From contig NZ_DATCVM010000115.1 in the NCBI RefSeq assembly GCF_036566845.1, positions 26,852-90,851 of the forward strand: a DNA stretch of 64,000 nt, given 5' to 3'. The stretch comes from Williamsia sp. (GTDB taxonomy: Bacteria; Actinomycetota; Actinomycetes; Mycobacteriales; Mycobacteriaceae). The notes under the pieces are model-generated. The model saw nothing but the letters and a program-made list of their open reading frames with translations. It made no database searches and was not told where the DNA came from. Shown piece by piece: positions 29,799-37,131 of this stretch (position 1 is the first letter of the stretch; each line of letters begins with the position of its first letter). Made by a program: the position numbers and the translations under genes.

Positions 29799-30206
29799 TC
29801 AGTCAAGAACCGCGGTCGCCTCGATCTCCACCATCAGATCCGGTTCGCCCAGACCGGCGACGCTCAAGAGCGTGATCGGTTTCGTCGGGTCGACGCCCAA
29901 CTTCGCGGCCGCCCGGCCAACGCCCTCACCGAGCAGCGGGTACTTGTCGGGCGACCAATCCACCACGTAGATCGTCAGCTTTGCGACGTCGTCGAAGGAC
30001 CCGCCGACCGCTGCCATCGCCGTACCGATGTTGAGCAGCGCCTGCTCCACCTGCGCCGCGAAGTCGCCATTGCCCACCTGATTCCCATCGGCGTCGCGGG
30101 CGACCTGCCCGGCGATGAACACCAGGCGCGATCCCGTTGCGACCGACATCTGTCGGTAGACATCAGGTTTCGGAAGCCCGTCGGGATTGATCAGCTCGAT
30201 TGCCAT
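29799..30206 (-). CDS. Rid (YjgF/RidA superfamily) protein
   Basis: LVFIAGQ, QVEQALLNI, VEIEATAV; start placed at ATG 30206. Confidence 0.85.
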   Translation of the reverse strand: MAIELINPDGLPKPDVYRQMSVATGSRLVFIAGQVARDADGNQVGNGDFAAQVEQALLNIGTAMAAVGGSFDDVAKLTIYVVDWSPDKYPLLGEGVGRAAAKLGVDPTKPITLLSVAGLGEPDLMVEIEATAVLD

Positions 30207-30283
30207 GACTACTCCTCGTGAATTTATGACCCCGCAGGCGCGTTGCCCACCCAAACCATAACACTGCTATGTATTGTGGATCC

Positions 30284-30889
30284 ATGGTTCGCGTCAAGAA
30301 TCCTGAGATCCGATCGATGCTCATCGAGCGCGCAGCACAGATGTTGCGGGCACGAGAACCGGTGACCTTGCGGGCACTGGTGTCGGGGACACCGGTCTCC
30401 ACGATGGCGGTCTACACGTACTTCGACGGCATGGAGGGGCTGTGGAAGGCCTTGCGCCAGGAGGGTTTTACCCGGCTTTCCCAGAAACTTGCCGACGTCG
30501 AACCATCCGCAGATCCAGTGCAGGACCTCGCTGCGCTGGGTGCGGCATATCTGTCCAACGCGCTGGAGAATCCCGACCTGTACCGCGTCATGTTCGATGC
30601 AAGCGTTGATCTCGAAGACGCCCCGGCCGCCGATGCGTCGCTGCATCGACTGGTGGTCGCGGCGCAGCGGTGCCGGACCGCCGGCCGATTCAACGCCGAC
30701 ATCGACCCACTCGAGGTCGCGACACAGAGCTGGATGATCGGCCACGGCCTCGCCTCCCTGGTGGCCACCGGACCGCTGCCGACCGCCGCCCTGGCCAACG
30801 CGGTCCCGATGCTGACCGCCCTGTTCACCGCAGCCGGCGACGAGGCCGACCGATGCCGGCGGTCGGTCGTCGCCGGCTGGAAACCGTGA
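30284..30889 (+). CDS. TetR/AcrR family regulator (WHG-type C-terminal domain)
   Basis: HTH TLRALVSGTPVSTMAVYTYF; YRVMF and WMIGHGLASL; divergent from the Rid gene. Confidence 0.85.
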   Translation: MVRVKNPEIRSMLIERAAQMLRAREPVTLRALVSGTPVSTMAVYTYFDGMEGLWKALRQEGFTRLSQKLADVEPSADPVQDLAALGAAYLSNALENPDLYRVMFDASVDLEDAPAADASLHRLVVAAQRCRTAGRFNADIDPLEVATQSWMIGHGLASLVATGPLPTAALANAVPMLTALFTAAGDEADRCRRSVVAGWKP

Positions 30890-30912
30890 ACACCACCGAC
30901 CCCACCCCCACC

Positions 30913-30984
30913 CGCAAACGAGCCACCTGTACAAAGATGAGCCACGTATTTGTGGCTCGTCTTTGTACAGGTGGCTCGTTTGCG
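30913..30984. repeat. 72-bp intergenic hairpin (33-bp arms, one G-T mismatch, 6-nt loop), REP/MITE-like
   Basis: CGCAAACGAGCCACCTGTACAAAGATGAGCCAC-GTATTT-GTGGCTCGTCTTTGTACAGGTGGCTCGTTTGCG read directly. Confidence 0.85.
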
Positions 30985-31029
30985 ACACCCATCGGTGGGA
31001 GGCAAGTGCCGGTGGGGCAAGCTTGACGA

Positions 31030-31494
31030 GTGTTCAGAATGCTATTTCACGAACCATGTATCCCGCCCAACACCGGCAACGCGATCAGATTGGCTGCCAA
31101 CACCGGGTGTGAACTCCACCTCGTCGAACCACTCGGATTCGACCTCTCGGAACCGAAAGTCAAACGCGCCGGACTCGATTACCACGATATGGCGACGGTG
31201 AGTGTCCACGCCGATCTCCTGGAGGCATGGAGCGCACTGGCCCCCAAGCGGGTGTACGCCTTCACCGCCCATGCCGACACGTTCTACACCGACATCAAGT
31301 ACGAATCGGGCGATGTGCTGCTGTTCGGTCCGGAACCCACCGGACTGTCGGACGCGGTCCTGTCCGATCCGCACATCACCGAAACCGTCCGCATCCCGAT
31401 GTTGCCCGGTCGCCGCTCCCTCAACCTGGCCAACGCGGCCAGCATCGTGATCTACGAGGCATGGCGGCAACACGGATTCCCCGGTGCGGTCTGA
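31030..31494 (+). CDS. trmL: tRNA (cytidine(34)-2'-O)-methyltransferase (SPOUT)
   Basis: PPNTGNAIRL, RAGLDY, LLFGPEPTGL, RSLNLANA. Confidence 0.93.
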   Translation: MFRMLFHEPCIPPNTGNAIRLAANTGCELHLVEPLGFDLSEPKVKRAGLDYHDMATVSVHADLLEAWSALAPKRVYAFTAHADTFYTDIKYESGDVLLFGPEPTGLSDAVLSDPHITETVRIPMLPGRRSLNLANAASIVIYEAWRQHGFPGAV

Positions 31495-31497
31495 GAT

Positions 31498-31917
31498 TCA
31501 GTCGATCGGCAGGCCCCGCATGACGAACTTGCGCAGCATGATGGGTGTCGGTTCGGCGATCAGGAGTTCGGCGTTGTCGGCCGGGTTGGTCTCGGTGACC
31601 GTCAGCTGCAGCTCACCGCCGGGCAGGATGTCCGCGGTGTAACCGCGCTTGTCGCGTTCCCATTGCATGCTCAAACCACCGGCCGACGTGGCCGATGGTG
31701 TGGACTCGGTCCAGTAGGAGCTGCTCAGGCCGTCCCAGTACGACTCGAAGAACGCCTTGGCCGGGGCCGTCGGCGCCAGCGAACCCTCGCCTTTCCAGCC
31801 GTCCTCCAGTTCCCAGAGGTCCTTGATGTGGGTGTCGATGACCCGCTTTGCGTTCGCCTGGTCGTCGCCCGACGCTTGCTTGTCGAGATTGCTCGAATAC
31901 GTGCTTCTCGTGGTCAT
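31498..31917 (-). CDS. Hypothetical 139-aa protein, candidate retron-associated gene
   Basis: Fills the trmL-RT gap; globular-looking sequence (LWELEDGWKGEGSLAP...GGLSMQWE); preceded by TAGCCT-N6-ATG. Confidence 0.7.
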   Translation of the reverse strand: MTTRSTYSSNLDKQASGDDQANAKRVIDTHIKDLWELEDGWKGEGSLAPTAPAKAFFESYWDGLSSSYWTESTPSATSAGGLSMQWERDKRGYTADILPGGELQLTVTETNPADNAELLIAEPTPIMLRKFVMRGLPID

Positions 31918-31974
31918 ATACCGAGGCTAGGCCCTTTCCGGCCGCCGGGTATCCCGGGTAGCCGACGCCGACCT

Positions 31975-33258
31975 TCATCGGCCCCAGTCAACCTGTTCGG
32001 CCATTGCGAGCAACTGTGCACGCCGGCGCGGGCTGGTGGCACCGATCCAGGCGATCTTTCCGTAGACGTGCTCGCGAAAGTGGAGGTGACCCGCGTGGTT
32101 CTGCGCCGCCGCACCGGTTCGGATGGCGTTGTGTAGCAACGCCCGCAGGTTGTCGTGGTCTCGGCGCGCGACGCGTGGTCGGTCGTTGACCACGAGCCCG
32201 GCGAGTCGCTGACGCTGATGAGCACGCATGATCTTCGTCTTCTCCGGGTGCACCACAAAACCCTCAGCGGCGATGATGCGCAACAACACCCACAGGACGG
32301 CATCCGGGTCCATCCGGTCACCGGAGATCGCCAGGTCGTCGCCGTATCTGGTGTACCGCAAGTTGTTCTTCTGCGCGTACCCCCAGATCCGGCGGTCCAT
32401 GGCACGCATGGCAAGGTTGGCGAGTGCCGGAGACGTCGGCGCCCCCTGCGGTAGGTGGCGTCCGCGCAGCAGAGAGGCATGACTGTGGTCCACCCGGGCC
32501 AGTTCGTGTGCCGGTGTGGCGGTGGTGCAGAGTTCGGCAAGCACCCTGGCCGCGCTGGTGTAGCCGACCGCGGAGAACACGGCCCGGACGCGAGCCGCCG
32601 ATACGGACGAGAAGCAGTTCTTCAGGTCGAGACGCAGGACCACCGGCCGGTCGGTATGCGGCCAGGCGAAGCTGGTGGTGGAGGTGCCCGGCGCAAAACC
32701 CCGCGCTGCCTGATGCGGTGGAATGTGATCGAGGATCTTCCGGAGAATGCGCCGCTGAATCTCCCGCAGATGCGGTTTGGGGGCCTCGATCAACCGGACC
32801 CCGTCACGTTTGGGAATGGTGATGTATCGGTAGTGCTGCAGTGTCGGGTTCTTCGATCGCAACCAGTGGCCGCGATCGGCCATCCATTCCAGCTCGCCCA
32901 CCGTCAGATTCAGCCAATGGGCCACCGCTGTGTAATCGCGGAACTCAGGGAGTCCGAAGCGCATCTCCGCCGGGGATGCTTCGGTGAAGACCTGCGAGCG
33001 GACCTCTGTGACCAAAGGAGTCAGAAACTCTCGCACGGTCTGCGGGTCCGAGGGGCGATCCGGAAAGCGATCAAGCAGCAGCCCCAGCAGGTCCGGGACA
33101 TCCGCGCGTTCGACCTCCGACGCCAGCATCTCACTCAGCGCCACCACGGACCATCGTGGATCCACCTCGAGACGAGTGATGAACAGGTCAAGAGAACTGG
33201 CCGACAACCTGATTGCGGGACCCAGTCCGCCCAGAGTGTAGTGGTCGTCGTCGGTCAA
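31975..33258 (-). CDS. Retron-type reverse transcriptase
   Basis: YRYITIPKRDG-RLIEAPK, FAWPH (region X position), LDLKNCFSSV, LPQGAPTSPALAN, YTRYGDDL, HPEKT, QRLAGLVVN (region Y position). TTG start uncertain. Confidence 0.9.
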   Translation of the reverse strand: MTDDDHYTLGGLGPAIRLSASSLDLFITRLEVDPRWSVVALSEMLASEVERADVPDLLGLLLDRFPDRPSDPQTVREFLTPLVTEVRSQVFTEASPAEMRFGLPEFRDYTAVAHWLNLTVGELEWMADRGHWLRSKNPTLQHYRYITIPKRDGVRLIEAPKPHLREIQRRILRKILDHIPPHQAARGFAPGTSTTSFAWPHTDRPVVLRLDLKNCFSSVSAARVRAVFSAVGYTSAARVLAELCTTATPAHELARVDHSHASLLRGRHLPQGAPTSPALANLAMRAMDRRIWGYAQKNNLRYTRYGDDLAISGDRMDPDAVLWVLLRIIAAEGFVVHPEKTKIMRAHQRQRLAGLVVNDRPRVARRDHDNLRALLHNAIRTGAAAQNHAGHLHFREHVYGKIAWIGATSPRRRAQLLAMAEQVDWGR

Positions 33259-33266
33259 CGGGCCGG

Positions 33267-33428
33267 ATGCGCGGCGGCGGGGTGACCATCGACTTGTGTC
33301 GGCGGCGCCGTGAAGTCACGCGAAGCGTGCCGGCCGGCGTCGGATGCTGATCCCAACTGTGCAATGTACCCAGGGGTTACCCCTGAGACGGGTTCTGCGA
33401 ACCCACTCTCCCCCCGCCCACCGCGCAT
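33267..33428 (-). ncRNA. Candidate retron msr-msd non-coding RNA
   Basis: 5' arm ATGCGCGGTGGGCGGGG (33428-33412) pairs with 3' arm CCCCGCCGCCGCGCAT (33282-33267), 16 bp with one G-U pair and one bulge; two adjacent 6-bp stem-loops (33390-33404, 33371-33385); further hairpin potential in 33290-33345; 3' arm ends 8 nt before the RT start. Confidence 0.72.
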
Positions 33429-33434
33429 GGCCAC

Positions 33435-33440
33435 ATGCTA
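33435..33440 (-). promoter_or_regulatory. Candidate -10 hexamer (TAGCAT) for the retron transcript
   Basis: TANNNT followed by 6 nt places +1 exactly on A33428, the first base of the 5' inverted-repeat arm. Confidence 0.55.
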
Positions 33441-33444
33441 GCGA

Positions 33445-33672
33445 CTACTCGTCGATCCGGAATCGTTTGGTTCGTGAGGTGGCGCCGGAGATCAAGGTCA
33501 CCCGGCTTTTCGCGACCCCGAAATGCTTGGCCAGCAATGCCGCCACGGCGATGTTCGCTTTGCCCTCGGTGGCCGGTTCCCGGACGAACACGGTGAGCGC
33601 GCCGGCATCATCCGTCTCGATCAACGGCCCTTTGCGGCTGTTCGGCTTCACCGTGACCACCACCTGCTTCAC
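33445..33672 (-). CDS. DUF167 / UPF0235 (YggU-like) protein
   Basis: VKPNSRK...REPATEGKANIAVAALLAKHFGVAKSRVTLISGATSRTK matches the family pattern. Confidence 0.88.
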   Translation of the reverse strand: MKQVVVTVKPNSRKGPLIETDDAGALTVFVREPATEGKANIAVAALLAKHFGVAKSRVTLISGATSRTKRFRIDE

Positions 33673-33719
33673 CGCCTCAGGCTATTACCCGTTCCCTACC
33701 ACCGACGGGGTCAGGGCGG

Positions 33720-36700
33720 TCACGCCCAATCTCGGGACCGGGTGGCGACGCGTAAGTCCATGCGCTGCATCCGTTCTGCCACCACGGTGACCGCACCCTC
33801 GGCATTCTGGACCCGGCCCCGGATCAACAACGCCGGCGACGACTGCGCGAGTTTGCGGTATTTGGCCCACAAGCCCACCGAGCAGACCACGTTGACCATG
33901 CCGGTCTCGTCTTCGAGGTTCACAAAGGTGACACCTGACGCAGTGGCCGGGCGCTGCCGGTGGGTCACCGCTCCCCCGACCAGCACCCGGGAACCGTCGG
34001 GCACCGACAACAGATCAGCCGCCGCGACCACACCCAACTCTTTCAGCTGAGGCCGGATGAATTCGGTCGGATAGCTACCTGGACTGACGCCGGTGGCCCA
34101 CACATCCGAGGCGGCCATCTCCACATCACTCATACCGGGCAACGCAGGTGATCCGTTGACCTCGTGCAGAGCCAGCCGGTCCGACTTCTCCTGGGCGGCC
34201 GCTCCGGCATCCCACAGCGCCTGACGACGACTGGTGCCAAAACACTCCAGCGCCCCGGCGGTGGCCAGCGACTCCAGCTGCCTGGTGCTCACCTCACAAC
34301 GACGGGACAAATCCGCCGCACCCTTGAACGGTCCCCCGGAATCCCGCTCGGCCACGATCGTCTCGGCCAGGTCGATGCCGATGTTGCGCACCGACCCCAG
34401 CCCGATCCGGACGTCGAGTCCACCGTTCTCCAGATCCGCATGGGGCGCAGAGACATTGATGTCCGGGCCGTGCACCGAGACACCATGCCGGCGGGCATCG
34501 GCAACCAGTGACTGCGGCGAGTAGAAACCCATCGGCTGGGCTTTGAGCAATGCAGCGCAAAAGGCCGCGGGATGATGCAGCTTGAGCCACGACGAATAGA
34601 AGACCAGCGAGGCGAAACTCTGCGAATGACTCTCGGGAAAACCGAAATTGGCAAATGCGGCCATCTTCTCGAAGATACGATCGGCCATCTCCCCGGTGAT
34701 GCCGTGCAGATCTTCCATGCCCTGATAGAACCGGCCACGCAGTCGATCCATCTTCTCCGGCGACCGTTTGGATCCCATCGCCCGACGCAACTGATCCGCC
34801 TCGGCGGCACTGAAACCGGCGACGTCGGTCGCCAGTTGCATGAGCTGCTCCTGGAACAGCGGTACCCCGAGAGTCCGTTCGAGCGCCGCCTCCATCGACG
34901 GATGTTCGCAGGTCGGCGGTTCCAGCTTGTTGCGACGACGGATGTAGGGATGCACCGAGCCACCCTGGATCGGGCCCGGCCGGATGAGTGCCACCTCGAC
35001 CACCAGGTCGTAGAACTTGCGGGGTTTGAGACGTGGCAGGGTTGCCATCTGCGCCCGCGACTCGACCTGGAACACTCCGACGGTGTCGGCACGGCAGAGC
35101 ATGTCGTACACCGCCTTTTCGGTGAGGTCGATCTTTGACAGGTCTACGTGGATGTCCCGATGCTGAGCCAGGAAGTCGATGGCGTAGTGGATGGCCGACA
35201 ACATACCCAGACCCAGCAGGTCGAACTTCACCAGTCCGATTGCGGCGCAATCGTCTTTGTCCCACTGCAGCACACTGCGACCTGGCATCCGCGCCCATTC
35301 GGTGGGGCACACATCGGCGATCGGCCGGTCACAGATGACCATGCCACCGGAATGGATGCCCAGATGCCGTGGCATGCCGTTGATCTGCCCGGCCAGATCG
35401 AGCACGTCGTCGGGGATATCCGTCTCGGCGGATTTGGCGGAGTCATACCTGTGCACCTGTTTGCTCCAGGCATCTTGCTGACCCACCGAATATCCCAGGG
35501 CGCGGGCCATGTCGCGCACCGACGACTTACCGCGATAGGTGATCACGTTGGCGACCTGCGCCGCATTCTGGCGCCCATAGCGCCGGTAGACGTACTGGAT
35601 GGCCTCCTCACGCCGATCCGATTCGATGTCGACATCGATGTCCGGTGGGCCATCCCGGGCCGGGGACAGGAATCGCTCGAACAGCAACCCGTTGCTCACC
35701 GCATCGACGGCGGTGATCCCGAGGGCGTAACACACCGCGGAGTTGGCGGCACTGCCCCGGCCCTGGCACAGGATGTCATTGGTACGACAGAACGAGACAA
35801 TGTCGTGTACCACCAGGAAGTATCCCGGAAATCCCAGTGAATCGATCACATTCAGCTCATGTTCGATCTGCTGGTACGCCTTGGGATGACTCTTCGGGGT
35901 GCCATACCGCTCCAGTGCCCCCCGGGCCGTGAGCACACGCAGCCACGAACTCTCGGTATGCCCCTGCGGCACGTCGAAGGGCGGCAGCTGCGGCGCGATC
36001 AGATGCAGCCCGAATGCCAGATCCTTGGCCAGCATGACGGCGTTGTCGATGGATTCGGGGTGTGCGGCGAGCAACCGGGCCATCTCATCCCCGCTGCGCA
36101 GGTGCGCGCCGCCGAGTGGACCGAGCCAGCCGTCCATCTCGTCAAGACTGCGTCGTGCCCGCACCGCGGCCATGGCCATCGCCAGCCGCCGACGATGCGG
36201 TGCCGAGAAGTGCGCACCCGTTGTCGCCACCGTCTGGACCCGGTTGCGGTTGGCGATCTGCGCCAACATCGCATTGCGCTCGTCGTCCTCGGCAACACCC
36301 GCGGCGGTCAGCTCCATCACCACGTTGTCGCGGCCGAACTTCTCCAGCAGATCACGCAGCGCGTTCTCGGCAGCCGACGGACCGCCCGTGTCCAGAGCGC
36401 GCCGCACATCGCCTTTCCGGCAACCGGTCAGGATCAGCCAATGCCCCTGCGCCGCTTGTGCCAACGTGTCGATGTCGAAACGCAGCAGGCCCTTCTCCCC
36501 GGCCGCCATGTGACCGTCTGCGAGCTGTCGCGACAGTCGCCGGTACCCTTCCTGCCCTCGCGCCAGCACCAGCAGATGAGAACCATCCGGGTCGGCGACG
36601 CCGGTCCGGGACGAGTCGTGTTGCAACGACAATTCGGATCCGAAGATGGTGGGCAGTTCCCATTCCAGTGCAGCCTCGGCAAACCGAACCACCCCGTAGA

Positions 36701-37007
36701 AGCCGTTGTGATCGGTGATCGCCAGCGCCTCGAGCCCCAGCCGGTACGCCTCTTCGGCCATCTCCTCCGGGCTGCTGGCACCGTCGAGAAAGCTGTATGA
36801 GGAATGGGCGTGCAATTCGGCGTATCGAGTGTCAGAAACACCCCGGCGCAGCGTCCCGGCCTCATACGGTTCGCGTTTGCGGGACCAGGCCGGACTATCG
36901 CTGCCGTCACCGGCAAATGTCTCACCGGACCGACCACCGTTCGATGGTCGACCAGACAGTACGCGCTCCATCTCCGACCAGGTCGGAGGGCCATTGTGCC
37001 AGCCCAT
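33720..37007 (-). CDS. dnaE2: Error-prone DNA polymerase III alpha subunit
   Basis: PHP domain (HAHSSYSFLDG, ITDHNG), GRGSAANS, PDIDVDI, KFDLLGLGML, C-terminal OB fold and SRDW tail. Confidence 0.96.
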   Translation of the reverse strand: MGWHNGPPTWSEMERVLSGRPSNGGRSGETFAGDGSDSPAWSRKREPYEAGTLRRGVSDTRYAELHAHSSYSFLDGASSPEEMAEEAYRLGLEALAITDHNGFYGVVRFAEAALEWELPTIFGSELSLQHDSSRTGVADPDGSHLLVLARGQEGYRRLSRQLADGHMAAGEKGLLRFDIDTLAQAAQGHWLILTGCRKGDVRRALDTGGPSAAENALRDLLEKFGRDNVVMELTAAGVAEDDERNAMLAQIANRNRVQTVATTGAHFSAPHRRRLAMAMAAVRARRSLDEMDGWLGPLGGAHLRSGDEMARLLAAHPESIDNAVMLAKDLAFGLHLIAPQLPPFDVPQGHTESSWLRVLTARGALERYGTPKSHPKAYQQIEHELNVIDSLGFPGYFLVVHDIVSFCRTNDILCQGRGSAANSAVCYALGITAVDAVSNGLLFERFLSPARDGPPDIDVDIESDRREEAIQYVYRRYGRQNAAQVANVITYRGKSSVRDMARALGYSVGQQDAWSKQVHRYDSAKSAETDIPDDVLDLAGQINGMPRHLGIHSGGMVICDRPIADVCPTEWARMPGRSVLQWDKDDCAAIGLVKFDLLGLGMLSAIHYAIDFLAQHRDIHVDLSKIDLTEKAVYDMLCRADTVGVFQVESRAQMATLPRLKPRKFYDLVVEVALIRPGPIQGGSVHPYIRRRNKLEPPTCEHPSMEAALERTLGVPLFQEQLMQLATDVAGFSAAEADQLRRAMGSKRSPEKMDRLRGRFYQGMEDLHGITGEMADRIFEKMAAFANFGFPESHSQSFASLVFYSSWLKLHHPAAFCAALLKAQPMGFYSPQSLVADARRHGVSVHGPDINVSAPHADLENGGLDVRIGLGSVRNIGIDLAETIVAERDSGGPFKGAADLSRRCEVSTRQLESLATAGALECFGTSRRQALWDAGAAAQEKSDRLALHEVNGSPALPGMSDVEMAASDVWATGVSPGSYPTEFIRPQLKELGVVAAADLLSVPDGSRVLVGGAVTHRQRPATASGVTFVNLEDETGMVNVVCSVGLWAKYRKLAQSSPALLIRGRVQNAEGAVTVVAERMQRMDLRVATRSRDWA

Positions 37008-37018
37008 AGTGCAGGGTA

Positions 37019-37034
37019 TCGAACATACATTCGA
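37019..37034. promoter_or_regulatory. LexA (SOS) box upstream of dnaE2
   Basis: TCGAAC-ATAC-ATTCGA, one mismatch to the actinobacterial consensus TCGAAC-N4-GTTCGA, 11 nt from the dnaE2 start. Confidence 0.85.
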
Positions 37035-37131
37035 TGAGCAAGTTACCTGTTACCCTCAACTACATATACGTCGGGTCAACGGGTGGGGACCACGCCTTTG
37101 GCACGCCTCCACATTTCTGGGAGGAGACGTC

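Noticed and set aside
30900-31010. GAGCCAC repeats as a CRISPR remnant
   Set aside because: Four copies arranged as an inverted pair with no unique spacers and no cas genes.
32335-32346. YGDD read as a viral RNA-dependent RNA polymerase
   Set aside because: Surrounding LPQGAPTSP and IPK...RLIEAPK motifs are bacterial RT, not RdRp.
31975-33258. RT as a group II intron, DGR or CRISPR-associated RT
   Set aside because: No recognisable maturase/endonuclease extension, no flanking interrupted gene, no TR/VR repeat pair or avd-like gene, no cas1 or array; motifs and upstream RNA fit a retron better.
31498-33672. Prophage or IS boundaries around the RT block
   Set aside because: No integrase, transposase, tRNA target or flanking direct repeats that I could see.
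36900-37007. Unusual N-terminal MGWHNGPPTWSEMER extension on DnaE2
   Set aside because: Commonly present on actinobacterial DnaE2; not specific to this locus.
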